Notes under the pieces: generated by a model
The model's input: only the letters and a program-made list of their open reading frames with translations
What the model was told of the DNA's origin: nothing
Databases searched by the model: none
In this document: positions 38,438-48,057 of the stretch, one piece after another
Layout of the letters: each line of letters starts with the position of its first letter
How positions within the stretch are numbered: the stretch's first letter is position 1
Assembly (NCBI GenBank): GCA_964482185.1
Contig: CAYZWN010000001.1
Coordinates: forward strand, 1 to 63,773
From: an uncultured Roseivirgaceae bacterium
GTDB lineage: Bacteria > Bacteroidota > Bacteroidia > Cytophagales > Cyclobacteriaceae
DNA length: 63,773 bases
Direction: 5' to 3'
Made by a program: the position numbers and the translations under genes

Positions 38438-39653
38438 CCCAAAATCAGGTTTTGAGTCTTTGGCGCAAGGCAGCCAGCTATACCCTCAGGAAGCCCTTAT
38501 TGAGATCAACAGACCAAAGAAATCACTGAGCATCGGTGTGCCAAAAGAATTGATGATGCAGGAAAAACGGGTTCCGCTTACTCCAAACAGCGTGAAACTC
38601 CTCGTGGACAATGGGCACGAAGTAAAAATTGAATCCGGAGCGGGAAATCCGTCAAAGTATACGGATAAGGAATACAGCGATGCCGGAGCCACAATTGTTT
38701 ATAGTCACAAGGAATTGTTCGAGTCGGAGATTGTATTTAAAGTGGAGCCTCCCACCTTCGAAGAAATAGATATGATGAAGCCGGGACGAATCCTTTTTTC
38801 GGCACTCCAGTTGGGAAACCTCAACCGGCAATATTTTGAAAAACTGAATAAAAAGCGCATCGCAGCGATCGGTTACGAATTGCTCGAAGACAAAGTGGGG
38901 GGCATGCCGGTAGTGCGGGCCATGAGCGAAATAGCGGGCAGTTCGGTGATGTTGATCGCTGCCGAATACCTCAGCAACGTGCATAACGGCATGGGGGTGA
39001 TACTTGGAGGAATTACCGGCGTATCGCCAACACGCGTACTGATTTTAGGCGCCGGCACTGTAGGAGAATTTGCCGCCAGAACGGCGCTTGGTCTTGGGGT
39101 GGACATACAGATATTTGACAATCATCTTTATAAGTTAAGAAGAATCAAACATCTGCTCGGCCAGCAGGTTTCCACGAGTACATTTGAACCCGCTGCACTG
39201 GAGGAATCACTGAAAATAGCTGATGTGGTAATCGGAGCCTTAAGAGTCGAAAAAGGCAAAATGCGTTACATGGTTACAGAGGAAATGGTTTCCCAGATGA
39301 AGCCCGGCTCAGTAATAGTTGATGTGAGCATAGACCAGGGTGGCTGCTTCGAGACATCCGAAATCACTACGCATCAAAACCCTGTATTTACAAAATACGG
39401 CATTATCCACTATTGCGTGCCGAATATCGCATCAAGGGTGGCCCGGACCGCTACCACGGCGCTGAGCAATATTTTTACGCCTATTTTGCTTGAATTGTCA
39501 GAATCGGGCGGTCTGGATGAAATGATATTTACCCAAAACTGGTTTCTAAAGGGTATATATTCTTATAAAGGTAATCTCACCAACGCTACAATCAGTCATA
39601 AAATCGGCCTGAAATATACGGACCTCAATCTGCTGATGGCCGCAAGATTTTAA
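38427..39653 (+). CDS. Alanine dehydrogenase / PNT-family NAD(H)-binding protein
   Basis: 408-aa ORF overlapping tsaE by 11 nt. It has an AlaDH/PNT N-domain (EKRVPLTP) and the Rossmann GAGTVGEFAARTALGLG. Confidence 0.8.
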   Translation: MANNPKSGFESLAQGSQLYPQEALIEINRPKKSLSIGVPKELMMQEKRVPLTPNSVKLLVDNGHEVKIESGAGNPSKYTDKEYSDAGATIVYSHKELFESEIVFKVEPPTFEEIDMMKPGRILFSALQLGNLNRQYFEKLNKKRIAAIGYELLEDKVGGMPVVRAMSEIAGSSVMLIAAEYLSNVHNGMGVILGGITGVSPTRVLILGAGTVGEFAARTALGLGVDIQIFDNHLYKLRRIKHLLGQQVSTSTFEPAALEESLKIADVVIGALRVEKGKMRYMVTEEMVSQMKPGSVIVDVSIDQGGCFETSEITTHQNPVFTKYGIIHYCVPNIASRVARTATTALSNIFTPILLELSESGGLDEMIFTQNWFLKGIYSYKGNLTNATISHKIGLKYTDLNLLMAARF

Positions 39654-40579
39654 TCATTTCCGCGTCCTGCCAGCAAATACAGTACTGCCATCCTGATGGC
39701 TACACCATTCTGTACCTGATCGAGTATAATAGAATGTTCCGAATCAGCCACATCGCTGTTAAGTTCGACGCCCCGATTGATTGGCCCCGGATGCATGATC
39801 GTGATTTTCTTGTTGAGTCGGTTGAGCATGCGCTTATTTATACCATAATACAAGGCATATTCGCGCAGAGACGGGAAATATTTAATTTGCATACGCTCGA
39901 GTTGAATACGCAGCACATTTGCAACATCGCACCACTGCAAGGCCTTCTCCACATCTAATTCTACCCGCACTCCAAGGCTGGCAATGTACTTTGGCAATAG
40001 GGTGTTTGGTCCGCAGACCATTACCTCGGCACCAAGTTTTTGCAAAGCAAAAATATTGGACAATGCAACCCTGGAATGAAGGATATCGCCAATTATGGCC
40101 ACCTTCAAACCCTGGAAGTCATGATAAACTTCCCGCATCGAAAATGTATCAAGCAAGGCTTGGGTTGGATGCTCGTGCGTGCCATCTCCCGCATTGATGA
40201 TGGTGGCATCGATGTGCCTGGCCAGAAAATGCGGCGCTCCCGGACTGGCATGTCGCATCACGATCATATCCACTTTCATGGCTAGGATATTATTGATCGT
40301 GTCAAGCAAGGTCTCTCCCTTTTTGACGGAACTTTGTGCCGAAGAAAAATTAACAGTATCAGCTGACAAGCGCTTCTCAGCAAGTTCGAAGGAAATTCTG
40401 GTACGCGTGGAATTTTCAAAAAAAACATTGGCAATGGTAATATCGCGCAAGGAGGGGACTTTCTTGATCGGCCGGTTTATGACCTCTTTAAATGTTTCTG
40501 CCGTTTCGAAAATCAGGTTGTAATCCTCAAGTGTGAGATTTTGGGTGCCGAGTAAATGGGGAACGCTCAGTGTTGCCAT
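39650..40579 (-). CDS. pyrB: Aspartate carbamoyltransferase catalytic subunit
   Basis: 309-aa ORF: FENSTRTR, HPTQALLD, HPGP.NRG. Confidence 0.94.
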   Translation of the reverse strand: MATLSVPHLLGTQNLTLEDYNLIFETAETFKEVINRPIKKVPSLRDITIANVFFENSTRTRISFELAEKRLSADTVNFSSAQSSVKKGETLLDTINNILAMKVDMIVMRHASPGAPHFLARHIDATIINAGDGTHEHPTQALLDTFSMREVYHDFQGLKVAIIGDILHSRVALSNIFALQKLGAEVMVCGPNTLLPKYIASLGVRVELDVEKALQWCDVANVLRIQLERMQIKYFPSLREYALYYGINKRMLNRLNKKITIMHPGPINRGVELNSDVADSEHSIILDQVQNGVAIRMAVLYLLAGRGND

Positions 40580-41127
40580 CAGGTATCTATATTGTTAAAC
40601 AACCAAATACTGTCTTTTTTCAGGCCCTGCTCACGCCATTCTACCATTACACGCTGCGATTCCATGGTATTCACCGACCTGCCTGTGTATTGCGGTTGTA
40701 TGGGTAATTCTCTTGTGTATCTTCTGTCGATAAGTACGAGCAATTCTACTGTTCTGGGCCTTCCAAACGATATCATTGCATCGAGTGCGGCACGAACACT
40801 GCGCCCTGTAAACAGCACATCATCGATGAGTATGATGTTTTTATCTTCGATTAAAAAAGGAATATTGGTTTCATTGGCCTTTTTTGGTGATTCCCTGCGC
40901 CTGAAGTCGTCTCTGTGAAAGGTGGTATCGAGGTATCCAATTTTGACTTTGTTTCCTACAAGTTTCTCTAATCCTGATTTTATTCGCTGTGCAACAAATG
41001 TCCCTCTTGGTTGTAAACCCAAAATTGCGGAATCAGAAAAGTCATCGTGATTTTCAATCAACTGATAGCAAAGCCTGTTGATCGTAATTTCCAGAAGATG
41101 TTGATCTAAAATTAATTTCTTTTGCAT
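40579..41127 (-). CDS. pyrR: Bifunctional pyr mRNA-binding regulator / uracil phosphoribosyltransferase PyrR
   Basis: 182-aa ORF with the PRPP-binding loop IILIDDVLFTGRSVRAA. There is a 1-nt overlap with pyrB. Confidence 0.9.
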   Translation of the reverse strand: MQKKLILDQHLLEITINRLCYQLIENHDDFSDSAILGLQPRGTFVAQRIKSGLEKLVGNKVKIGYLDTTFHRDDFRRRESPKKANETNIPFLIEDKNIILIDDVLFTGRSVRAALDAMISFGRPRTVELLVLIDRRYTRELPIQPQYTGRSVNTMESQRVMVEWREQGLKKDSIWLFNNIDT

Positions 41128-41213
41128 ATCGAAGTCTGGAACAAAGATAAAAAATCAGACTATAATTGAAATCATTCGTTGCATGACTTGTCCACAAAAG
41201 TTACACTATTTTT

Positions 41214-42743
41214 TTAGCGGTACACAATTTTGTTTATGAAAAATACTTCCCTTTCCGATCGCACCCTTTCGTCCCTGGTGTTTTTTATTTTCTGAATACC
41301 ATAGGCGAACAGATTCCCTCCATACCACTTCTCAATTCCGCCATATTCACTTTCACTCTGGTCCACCACATCATCTTCAAACGACAACTCTAACTCATTG
41401 AAGGTTTTGCCCTCGACGACTTCATTGCCCTGAATAATTTTGGTTCTGATTTCATTCTCATACATATAAACAAGCGCCATCTCATCACTGCTCTGCGAAA
41501 TATGAACATACCTTTCAAGCTTATAACTGGTCACATCGTTGATCTCAAAGCTATTGTCCCAAATCAATCTGCCTCTACGGTCGAAGCCAAATACCACAGC
41601 ATGTGTGTACTTATAGCCTTCGAATGCCATGCCATAATTGCCCCTGTACGGGAAATATGCCGCTCCGTAATAAGAGGACTGTGAATACTTGGGATAAAAC
41701 GCTTCTCCAACCATGATAAACCGCCCTTCCCAGGGCACCACATCATGAACAAGCAAATAGTAACTGAATTTATTTCTTTTCCCCTTAACCTTTCTTCTCT
41801 CAATACGCTCCTGCACCCTCTTTTGTCTTTTGGCTTTCATGTAACTAAAGAAATTCTTCAGGTCTGCGTAATTATAATAATTAATTTCCTGATCGCCCGT
41901 AGCAGAAATTCTCGCCAGAAAAATCCCGCGTGACATGTCCGATCTCTTGCGTGTATAGGTACCTACAATAAGGTCTGCCTCATTGTCGAGATTGATGACC
42001 CTGCCAAACAAGAGGCTCTTCTCATCTGAAGGTTGTAAATTTATATTCTTAATCAATTCGCCTTCTTCACTAAAAGACTTGAATGAGAGGGTTTTGCGAC
42101 CATCTTTGCTCCGAAAGGCTTCCAGCACATTAAAAGTATTCAACTCATTGTTGGCCTCGAGATGTTGTATCTGACTTTTTTCATTGTAAAAACCGGGCAA
42201 AGCCCTGGCCTGAATCTGTCCGAATTTGTAGGTCACGATTGAGGGTAGATTGCCGGAATAGCCTCCAAAAATCAGGGTGCTTCCGACCACCTCAAATTCA
42301 GTTAGCTCCATAGCGTAATCGCGCTGAATAAGAAAAGTTTCGGCAGCCTGTGTACCAAGATGAATGCGCATCACAAACAAATCTGCCTTCAGGCTTTCTG
42401 TATTTTGCTGAAAAAGCAGATAGAAATAATTATTTGCATACTCGAAACCGATCTGGATATATCTGAGATGGATATAATAATAATTCTCCCAGGATTTGTT
42501 TAGTGCAGTATCTATCAGAATCACCTGATATTTGCGCTCCATTTTGGTTTCAGTATTTCTTACTTCTCTGTAGAGCATTATCCCTTCTTCATCCGCCGAA
42601 ACAACATTGAATTTTTTCTTTTCCTTGTCATCCAAAACAAGCTCCAGCCTGCGGGGTTGCACTATTTGAGCATAGCAATCCGTAAAAAGCATAATAAGCC
42701 CAAACATCAAATTAAAAAATACAAAAGCTTTACCAATCAGCAT
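41214..42743 (-). CDS. Exported hypothetical protein, 509 aa, with an internal strongly basic insert
   Basis: Signal-like N-terminus (FVFFNLMFGLIMLFTDCYAQ), an aromatic-rich beta-type sequence, and the insert MKAKRQKRVQERIERRKVKGKRNK. It starts 1 nt after the EVE gene stop. Confidence 0.65.
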   Translation of the reverse strand: MLIGKAFVFFNLMFGLIMLFTDCYAQIVQPRRLELVLDDKEKKKFNVVSADEEGIMLYREVRNTETKMERKYQVILIDTALNKSWENYYYIHLRYIQIGFEYANNYFYLLFQQNTESLKADLFVMRIHLGTQAAETFLIQRDYAMELTEFEVVGSTLIFGGYSGNLPSIVTYKFGQIQARALPGFYNEKSQIQHLEANNELNTFNVLEAFRSKDGRKTLSFKSFSEEGELIKNINLQPSDEKSLLFGRVINLDNEADLIVGTYTRKRSDMSRGIFLARISATGDQEINYYNYADLKNFFSYMKAKRQKRVQERIERRKVKGKRNKFSYYLLVHDVVPWEGRFIMVGEAFYPKYSQSSYYGAAYFPYRGNYGMAFEGYKYTHAVVFGFDRRGRLIWDNSFEINDVTSYKLERYVHISQSSDEMALVYMYENEIRTKIIQGNEVVEGKTFNELELSFEDDVVDQSESEYGGIEKWYGGNLFAYGIQKIKNTRDERVRSEREVFFINKIVYR

Positions 42744-42744
42744 T

Positions 42745-43149
42745 TTAAATCCCTTTGCCCAAAATGATATCGAAATGTTCTTTTTTAACAGGCATCACCG
42801 AAAGCCTTGAGTTCTTTATCAATGCAAGTCCTTCAAGGCTGTCATCTGCCTTCATCTCAGCAAGCGATACAGGCCTTGCCAGTTTTTGTACAGGCTCCAT
42901 ATCTACTACCACCCATCGGTCATCTTCCGTGGTAGGGTCAGGGTAGTATTCCCCGACAACCCTCGCAATGCCGACAATCTCTTTATCGTTGACGCTGTGA
43001 TAAAATAACACCTCATCTCCGACTTTCATCAATTTGAGATTGTTTCTTGCCTGATAGTTTCTTACTCCATCCCAGCAATCACGTCCAAGTTTTACAAAAT
43101 CATCCCACGAATATGTTCCCGGCTCTGTTTTCACCAACCAATAATTCAT
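42745..43149 (-). CDS. EVE (PUA-like) domain protein
   Basis: The ORF runs up to 43197. The likely start is MNYWLVKTEPGTYSWDDF (43149), the typical EVE N-terminus, with GVRNYQARN following. Confidence 0.85.
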   Translation of the reverse strand: MNYWLVKTEPGTYSWDDFVKLGRDCWDGVRNYQARNNLKLMKVGDEVLFYHSVNDKEIVGIARVVGEYYPDPTTEDDRWVVVDMEPVQKLARPVSLAEMKADDSLEGLALIKNSRLSVMPVKKEHFDIILGKGI

Positions 43150-43268
43150 TTGCTCCAAATTCTTAATGCTACAACTATACTTTCCTGCATAAATCAATTT
43201 ATAAATTGTTTATTGCTTAACAAAAAAAGATGCAATTTGTCTTAAACTAATACGCCACTTTCGATAAA

Positions 43269-44975
43269 ATGACTAACAAAGAAATTTCCCGGCTACTCAA
43301 GCTCACTGCCGCCCTTCTGGAGATTCATGACGAAAATCCATTCAAAATCAGGACATATACCAATGCTGTATTCAAGCTGGAAAACCTATCCGAACAGGTT
43401 TTTAATAAAAGCGCTGAAGAACTGGAGGCGCTGGACGGTATAGGTAAAGGCCTTGCCCGGTCGATACAGGAAATATTCGAAACCGGATCCTTCGGCTTAC
43501 TGCAGGAACTGCTATCCAAAACTCCGGCGGGCATCGTGGAGATGATTGCTTTGAAGGGAATCGGCCCGAAAAAAATCCGAACCATCTGGAAAGAACTGAG
43601 TATCGAAAGCCAGGAAGCATTGTATGAGGCCTGTCTCGATGGCCGCATTGCCGGTTTAAAAGGATTTGGAGAAAAAACCCAGGAAGCAATAAAAGAAAAC
43701 CTGGAATATCTGATGGCGCACAAAGGTATGGCGCTTTTCGCGGAGGCAGAATTACTTGCCGCATTTCTGCTTGAAATTATTCGTGATACCTATGCATTCA
43801 GCCGTTTTGGACTGACTGGTGCCATGCGCAGAAAACTTGAGACCATTGAATGCGTTGAGGTGGTAATCGGCAATAAAGATAAGTCGGCGATCATTGAACC
43901 GCTTAAAAACAATGAGTTGATTAATCTAAATCTTGTCGAATCCGGACCTTTTTCCCTTCGGGGTATTTTTATCGATTCCGGTCTGAAATGGTGCCTGCGA
44001 TTTGTGCGTCCTGAAGAATATGAAAGCAGGCTTATGTATTTTACCGGTTCCGGACAACATCTGACTGTTGTTGCGAACGACAAGACAACCCTGTCACAGT
44101 ATTTACTGGAATGCCCCGAAGTCAATGAGCAGTCGGCTTATGAGTATTTCGAAAAACCCTATATCGAACCCGAAATGCGTGAAGGTTACCTGGAGACAAA
44201 GTTCAGTAAAACGGTTCCGCCCCCGGAGTTGCTGGAGACCCGGGACATCAAAGGTCCTATTCACAATCATTCGAATTACAGTGACGGCAAGAACACAATC
44301 CGGGAACTTGCGGAATATTGCATCGGACAGGGATTTGAATACCTCGGACTGTCCGATCACAGCAAATCAGCCTATTATGCCCGGGGCTTGCGCGAATTTG
44401 ATGTAAAACGCCAGCATCAGGAAATTGATGCTTTGAATGGTGAATTAGCGCCATTCCGGATTTTTAAAGGTATTGAATCAGACATACTGAATGATGGTTC
44501 GCTTGATTATGAAAATGATGTTTTGGCCAGTTTTGACTTTGTTGTGGCATCCGTACACTCAAATCTGAACATGGATGCATCAAAGGCCACCGCCCGTCTT
44601 CTGAAAGCTATAGAAAACCCATATACAACAGTATTGGGACATCCAACCGGAAGGTTGTTACTCAGAAGACCGGGTTATCCCATTGATTATAAAAAGGTCA
44701 TTGACGCTTGTGCCCGAAATGGAGTAATCATAGAAATTAATGCCAATCCATGGCGGCTCGACCTCGACTGGCGATGGGTGCATTATGCCATCGAAATTAA
44801 TGTAATACTCAGTGTCAATCCGGATGCGCATGATCTTGACGGATTCAGACACATAGAATACGGGGTGTATGTGGGCAGAAAGGGCGGCCTGACGAAAGAA
44901 CAAACATTTAACACCTGGGATATAAGCAAAATGGAAACATATTTTGAGGAGAGAAAATCTCGAATCACTCGCTGA
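43269..44975 (+). CDS. Family X DNA polymerase homologue with C-terminal PHP phosphoesterase domain (PolX-like)
   Basis: 568-aa ORF with N-terminal HhH modules (GIGKGLA, GIGPKK, GFGEKT), a palm region with YFTGS, and a PHP domain (HNHSNYSDG, SDHS, ASVHS, GHPTGRLL, NPDAH). Confidence 0.85.
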   Translation: MTNKEISRLLKLTAALLEIHDENPFKIRTYTNAVFKLENLSEQVFNKSAEELEALDGIGKGLARSIQEIFETGSFGLLQELLSKTPAGIVEMIALKGIGPKKIRTIWKELSIESQEALYEACLDGRIAGLKGFGEKTQEAIKENLEYLMAHKGMALFAEAELLAAFLLEIIRDTYAFSRFGLTGAMRRKLETIECVEVVIGNKDKSAIIEPLKNNELINLNLVESGPFSLRGIFIDSGLKWCLRFVRPEEYESRLMYFTGSGQHLTVVANDKTTLSQYLLECPEVNEQSAYEYFEKPYIEPEMREGYLETKFSKTVPPPELLETRDIKGPIHNHSNYSDGKNTIRELAEYCIGQGFEYLGLSDHSKSAYYARGLREFDVKRQHQEIDALNGELAPFRIFKGIESDILNDGSLDYENDVLASFDFVVASVHSNLNMDASKATARLLKAIENPYTTVLGHPTGRLLLRRPGYPIDYKKVIDACARNGVIIEINANPWRLDLDWRWVHYAIEINVILSVNPDAHDLDGFRHIEYGVYVGRKGGLTKEQTFNTWDISKMETYFEERKSRITR

Positions 44976-45249
44976 GTTCAACTTTCAGGGTGCATACAAT
45001 TTAAAGAAATCGTGCTTTTTTTATTGTTTTAAAAGTATTGCAACCAAACCTTAATGATAATCTTAATGTTTCTCCATAAGATATAATAAGCGTGCAAGGG
45101 TTATACAGACACGACACATCAAAATACAAACGTTTTACCCCTCTGTACCATACAGGAAGGCTATCGCCGCAAACCAAAACCTGCCGGGGATTGATGTTGA
45201 GAAAGTTGTAAGAGCTGTCCGCGCTTTAACAGAAGAAAAAATTTAGCAA

Positions 45250-46302
45250 ATGACCAAAGTGCAAATAATAAAGAAAATACTGGTAATCAGGTTTTCTTCC
45301 ATAGGTGACATCGTACTCACTACACCGGTTTTACGTTGCCTGAAACAACAAATTCCGGGAACGGAAATCCATTTCTGTACAAAAGTGCAATACAAATATC
45401 TTGTTGACAAAAATCCATACATCGATCATGTACACTTATTAGAAGATTCTCTAACAACTCTTCTTGGCTCGCTGAAGGCCGAAAAATTCGATCTGATCAT
45501 CGATCTTCATGACAATATTCGTTCTTTCATTATAAAAACGTGGCTTGGCGTAAAAAATAAAACTTACGATAAACTACGGATGCAGCGGGATTTACTTGCA
45601 CTGTTGCCTTTACCCACTCCACCAGCCAGTCATATGGTTGAGCGTTACATGAAAACACTTGCCCCGTTTGGTGTGCACTACGACCAGAAAGGACTGGATT
45701 TTTATATTGATGAAAAAGATGAAGTTGAACAAGACTGGCTCCCGGAGACACATCGGGAAGGATATGTTGCTTTTGTCATGAGCGGCACGGCCTACACCAG
45801 GATGTTGCCCATGGAGAAAATGATTGAGCTTTGCGACAAAATCAATCTCCCCATTGTACTAATAGGAGGTAAAGAAGATTTTGAAAGAGGAGAACAGCTT
45901 GTTGGTTTTTTTGAAGAATCTAAACAGGACAGATCCTTTGACAGTGGCTTAAAAAAGCTGAATAAAAAGGCACAGTTGTTTAATGGCTGCGGGAAATTCA
46001 ATCTCGGTCAGTCTGCCTCGCTTGTGAAGAGTGCTTTTGTAGTATTTGCCCACGACACCGGATTTGCTCATGTGGCAGCTGCATTCAAAAAGACAATTTA
46101 TAGCATCTGGGGCGGAACAGTACCCTTATATAATTACCCGTTTGAGACGCGATTTATTCTCCTCGAAAACAACAAGCTATCGTGTCGCCCCTGCTCAAAA
46201 AACGGACGTGCGTCTTGCCCTAAAAAGCACTTTAAGTGTATGAAAGAAAATCCCCTTGAATTTTACCTACCCGAATCGCAAATGGGAATCCGTAAAAATT
46301 AA
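45250..46302 (+). CDS. Glycosyltransferase family 9 (LPS heptosyltransferase-like)
   Basis: 350-aa ORF with the GT9 N-terminus ILVIRFSSIGDIVLTTPVLRCLK and the C-terminal HDTGFAHVAAA block. Confidence 0.8.
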   Translation: MTKVQIIKKILVIRFSSIGDIVLTTPVLRCLKQQIPGTEIHFCTKVQYKYLVDKNPYIDHVHLLEDSLTTLLGSLKAEKFDLIIDLHDNIRSFIIKTWLGVKNKTYDKLRMQRDLLALLPLPTPPASHMVERYMKTLAPFGVHYDQKGLDFYIDEKDEVEQDWLPETHREGYVAFVMSGTAYTRMLPMEKMIELCDKINLPIVLIGGKEDFERGEQLVGFFEESKQDRSFDSGLKKLNKKAQLFNGCGKFNLGQSASLVKSAFVVFAHDTGFAHVAAAFKKTIYSIWGGTVPLYNYPFETRFILLENNKLSCRPCSKNGRASCPKKHFKCMKENPLEFYLPESQMGIRKN

Positions 46303-46479
46303 GTCTCTTCGCTTATAAATACCTGATATCCCAAATAAATAAACACCCATATTTGGTATTTAAGATAAACATAAGCAGCCTTTCCCTAACATTTGCTTTG
46401 CTAAGCCACCTATTACATCGGGCATTTTCTCATGCAGCAGGCTCTCAAATGTAGCTCCGGCACGCATGTTCACTCCCTG

Positions 46480-48057
46480 CTAAAGCGGAATATTCCCATG
46501 TTTTTTCTTTGGCAATTTATCCACTTTGTATCTTAACATATCAAAAGCGGCAATCACCTTTTCTCGTGTCTGGTGCGGCATGATTACCTCATCTATATAC
46601 CCCCTTGAAGCGGCAATATACGGGTTGGCAAATTTTTCATTGTAGAGTTTTTCGTAGCGTGCAAGTTCGGCTTCGGAATCAGGAGCCTGCTCGATTTCTC
46701 TTTTGAAAATAATCTCAGATGCCCCCCTTGCCCCCATCACGGCAATTTCAGCTGTTGGCCAGGCAAAATTCATATCTGCTCCAATATGCTTTGAATTCAT
46801 CACATCATAAGCTCCGCCATAAGCTTTTCTGATAATCACCGTAACCCTTGGTACGGTAGCTTCGCAGAATGCATAAAGCAATTTTGCTCCGTTGGTAATG
46901 ATGGCGTTCCATTCCTGTTTTGTGCCGGGCAAAAAGCCCGGGACATCCTCGAATACCAAAAGAGGAATATTAAAACAATCACAAAATCGCACAAACCGTG
47001 CGCCTTTCTGGCTGGCATGAATATCCAGGACGCCGGCAAGCACCGATGGTTGATTGGCTACGACACCAATGCTTCTACCTGAAAGCCGGGCAAAACCAAC
47101 AACAATATTGGCGGCAAAATTTTCCTGAACTTCGAAAAAAGTCGCCGTATCTACGATAAGATTGATCACCTCCTTGATATCATAGGGTGATTCCGGATTT
47201 TCAGGAAGTATCCGGTCGAGATCAGCAGCCTTGCCTGAATAAATCGATTCCTTACTAGAGGGTAAATCTTCACAGTTTTGAGGAATATAGCCAAACAATG
47301 CCTTTACCTTGGAAAGGCATACAAAATCATTTTCCTCAGAAAAATGCGTAACCCCACTTTTGAAACTGTGTGTTCGGGCACCACCTAGCTCCTCGGCTGT
47401 CACTTCTTCATGTGTCACGGTCTTCACTACTTTTGGCCCGGTGACAAACATATATGCGGAGCCTTCAACCATAAAAATGAAATCTGTCATGGCAGGTGAA
47501 TACACTGCGCCCCCGGCACACGGGCCCATGATCACTGAAATCTGTGGAACCACCCCTGACAGCATTACATTTCGATAAAAAATATTGGCATATCCGCCAA
47601 GCGAATCGACACCCTCCTGAATGCGCGCTCCTCCCGAATCGCTAATCCCGATCAATGGAGCCCCATTCTTCATAGCCAGATCCATTAGTTTTACAATCTT
47701 CTCCGCATGAGCCTCAGAAAGCGATCCCCCAAAAACTGTGAAGTCCTGGGCATAGACATAAACCATCCGGGCATCAATTGTTCCATAGCCCGTCACCACG
47801 CCATCCCCCGGGATTTTGGTTTTATCCAAACCAAATTCTACCGAGCGATGGGTTACAAATTTCCCGATTTCATGAAATGAGCCTTTGTCCAGCAAAAAAT
47901 CAATACGCTCACGGGCAGTTAATTTACCTTTTTGATGCTGAATACTGATCTTCTCCTCTCCGCCTCCTTCAAGGGCTTTTTTATTCATTTTTTCCAGCGC
48001 CTCATATCTCGATATAATGGATCCGAATGTGGCATCCTCTTGCTCTTTTCCCGTCAT
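46480..48057 (-). CDS. Acyl-CoA carboxylase carboxyltransferase (beta) subunit, propionyl/methylmalonyl-CoA type
   Basis: The ORF runs up to 48078. The likely start is MTGKEQ (48057). Motifs: KLTARERIDFLLD, DSGGARIQEG, GPCAGGAVYSPA, the IxxGAKLLYAF region and RKAYGGAYDVM. Confidence 0.9.
   Translation of the reverse strand: MTGKEQEDATFGSIISRYEALEKMNKKALEGGGEEKISIQHQKGKLTARERIDFLLDKGSFHEIGKFVTHRSVEFGLDKTKIPGDGVVTGYGTIDARMVYVYAQDFTVFGGSLSEAHAEKIVKLMDLAMKNGAPLIGISDSGGARIQEGVDSLGGYANIFYRNVMLSGVVPQISVIMGPCAGGAVYSPAMTDFIFMVEGSAYMFVTGPKVVKTVTHEEVTAEELGGARTHSFKSGVTHFSEENDFVCLSKVKALFGYIPQNCEDLPSSKESIYSGKAADLDRILPENPESPYDIKEVINLIVDTATFFEVQENFAANIVVGFARLSGRSIGVVANQPSVLAGVLDIHASQKGARFVRFCDCFNIPLLVFEDVPGFLPGTKQEWNAIITNGAKLLYAFCEATVPRVTVIIRKAYGGAYDVMNSKHIGADMNFAWPTAEIAVMGARGASEIIFKREIEQAPDSEAELARYEKLYNEKFANPYIAASRGYIDEVIMPHQTREKVIAAFDMLRYKVDKLPKKKHGNIPL

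Noticed and set aside
15982-45195. A shared 13-mer, CCTGCCGGGGATT, in two intergenic regions (about 15982 and about 45182), considered as a possible dispersed repeat.
   Set aside because: Over about 64 kb on both strands, dozens of exact 13-mer coincidences are expected by chance. The flanks do not extend the match.
46303-46479. The inverted 7-mer AAATACC...GGTATTT in the GT9-carboxyltransferase spacer, considered as a terminator.
   Set aside because: The stem is only 7 bp with a roughly 30-nt loop and no adjacent U-run. That is too weak to call.
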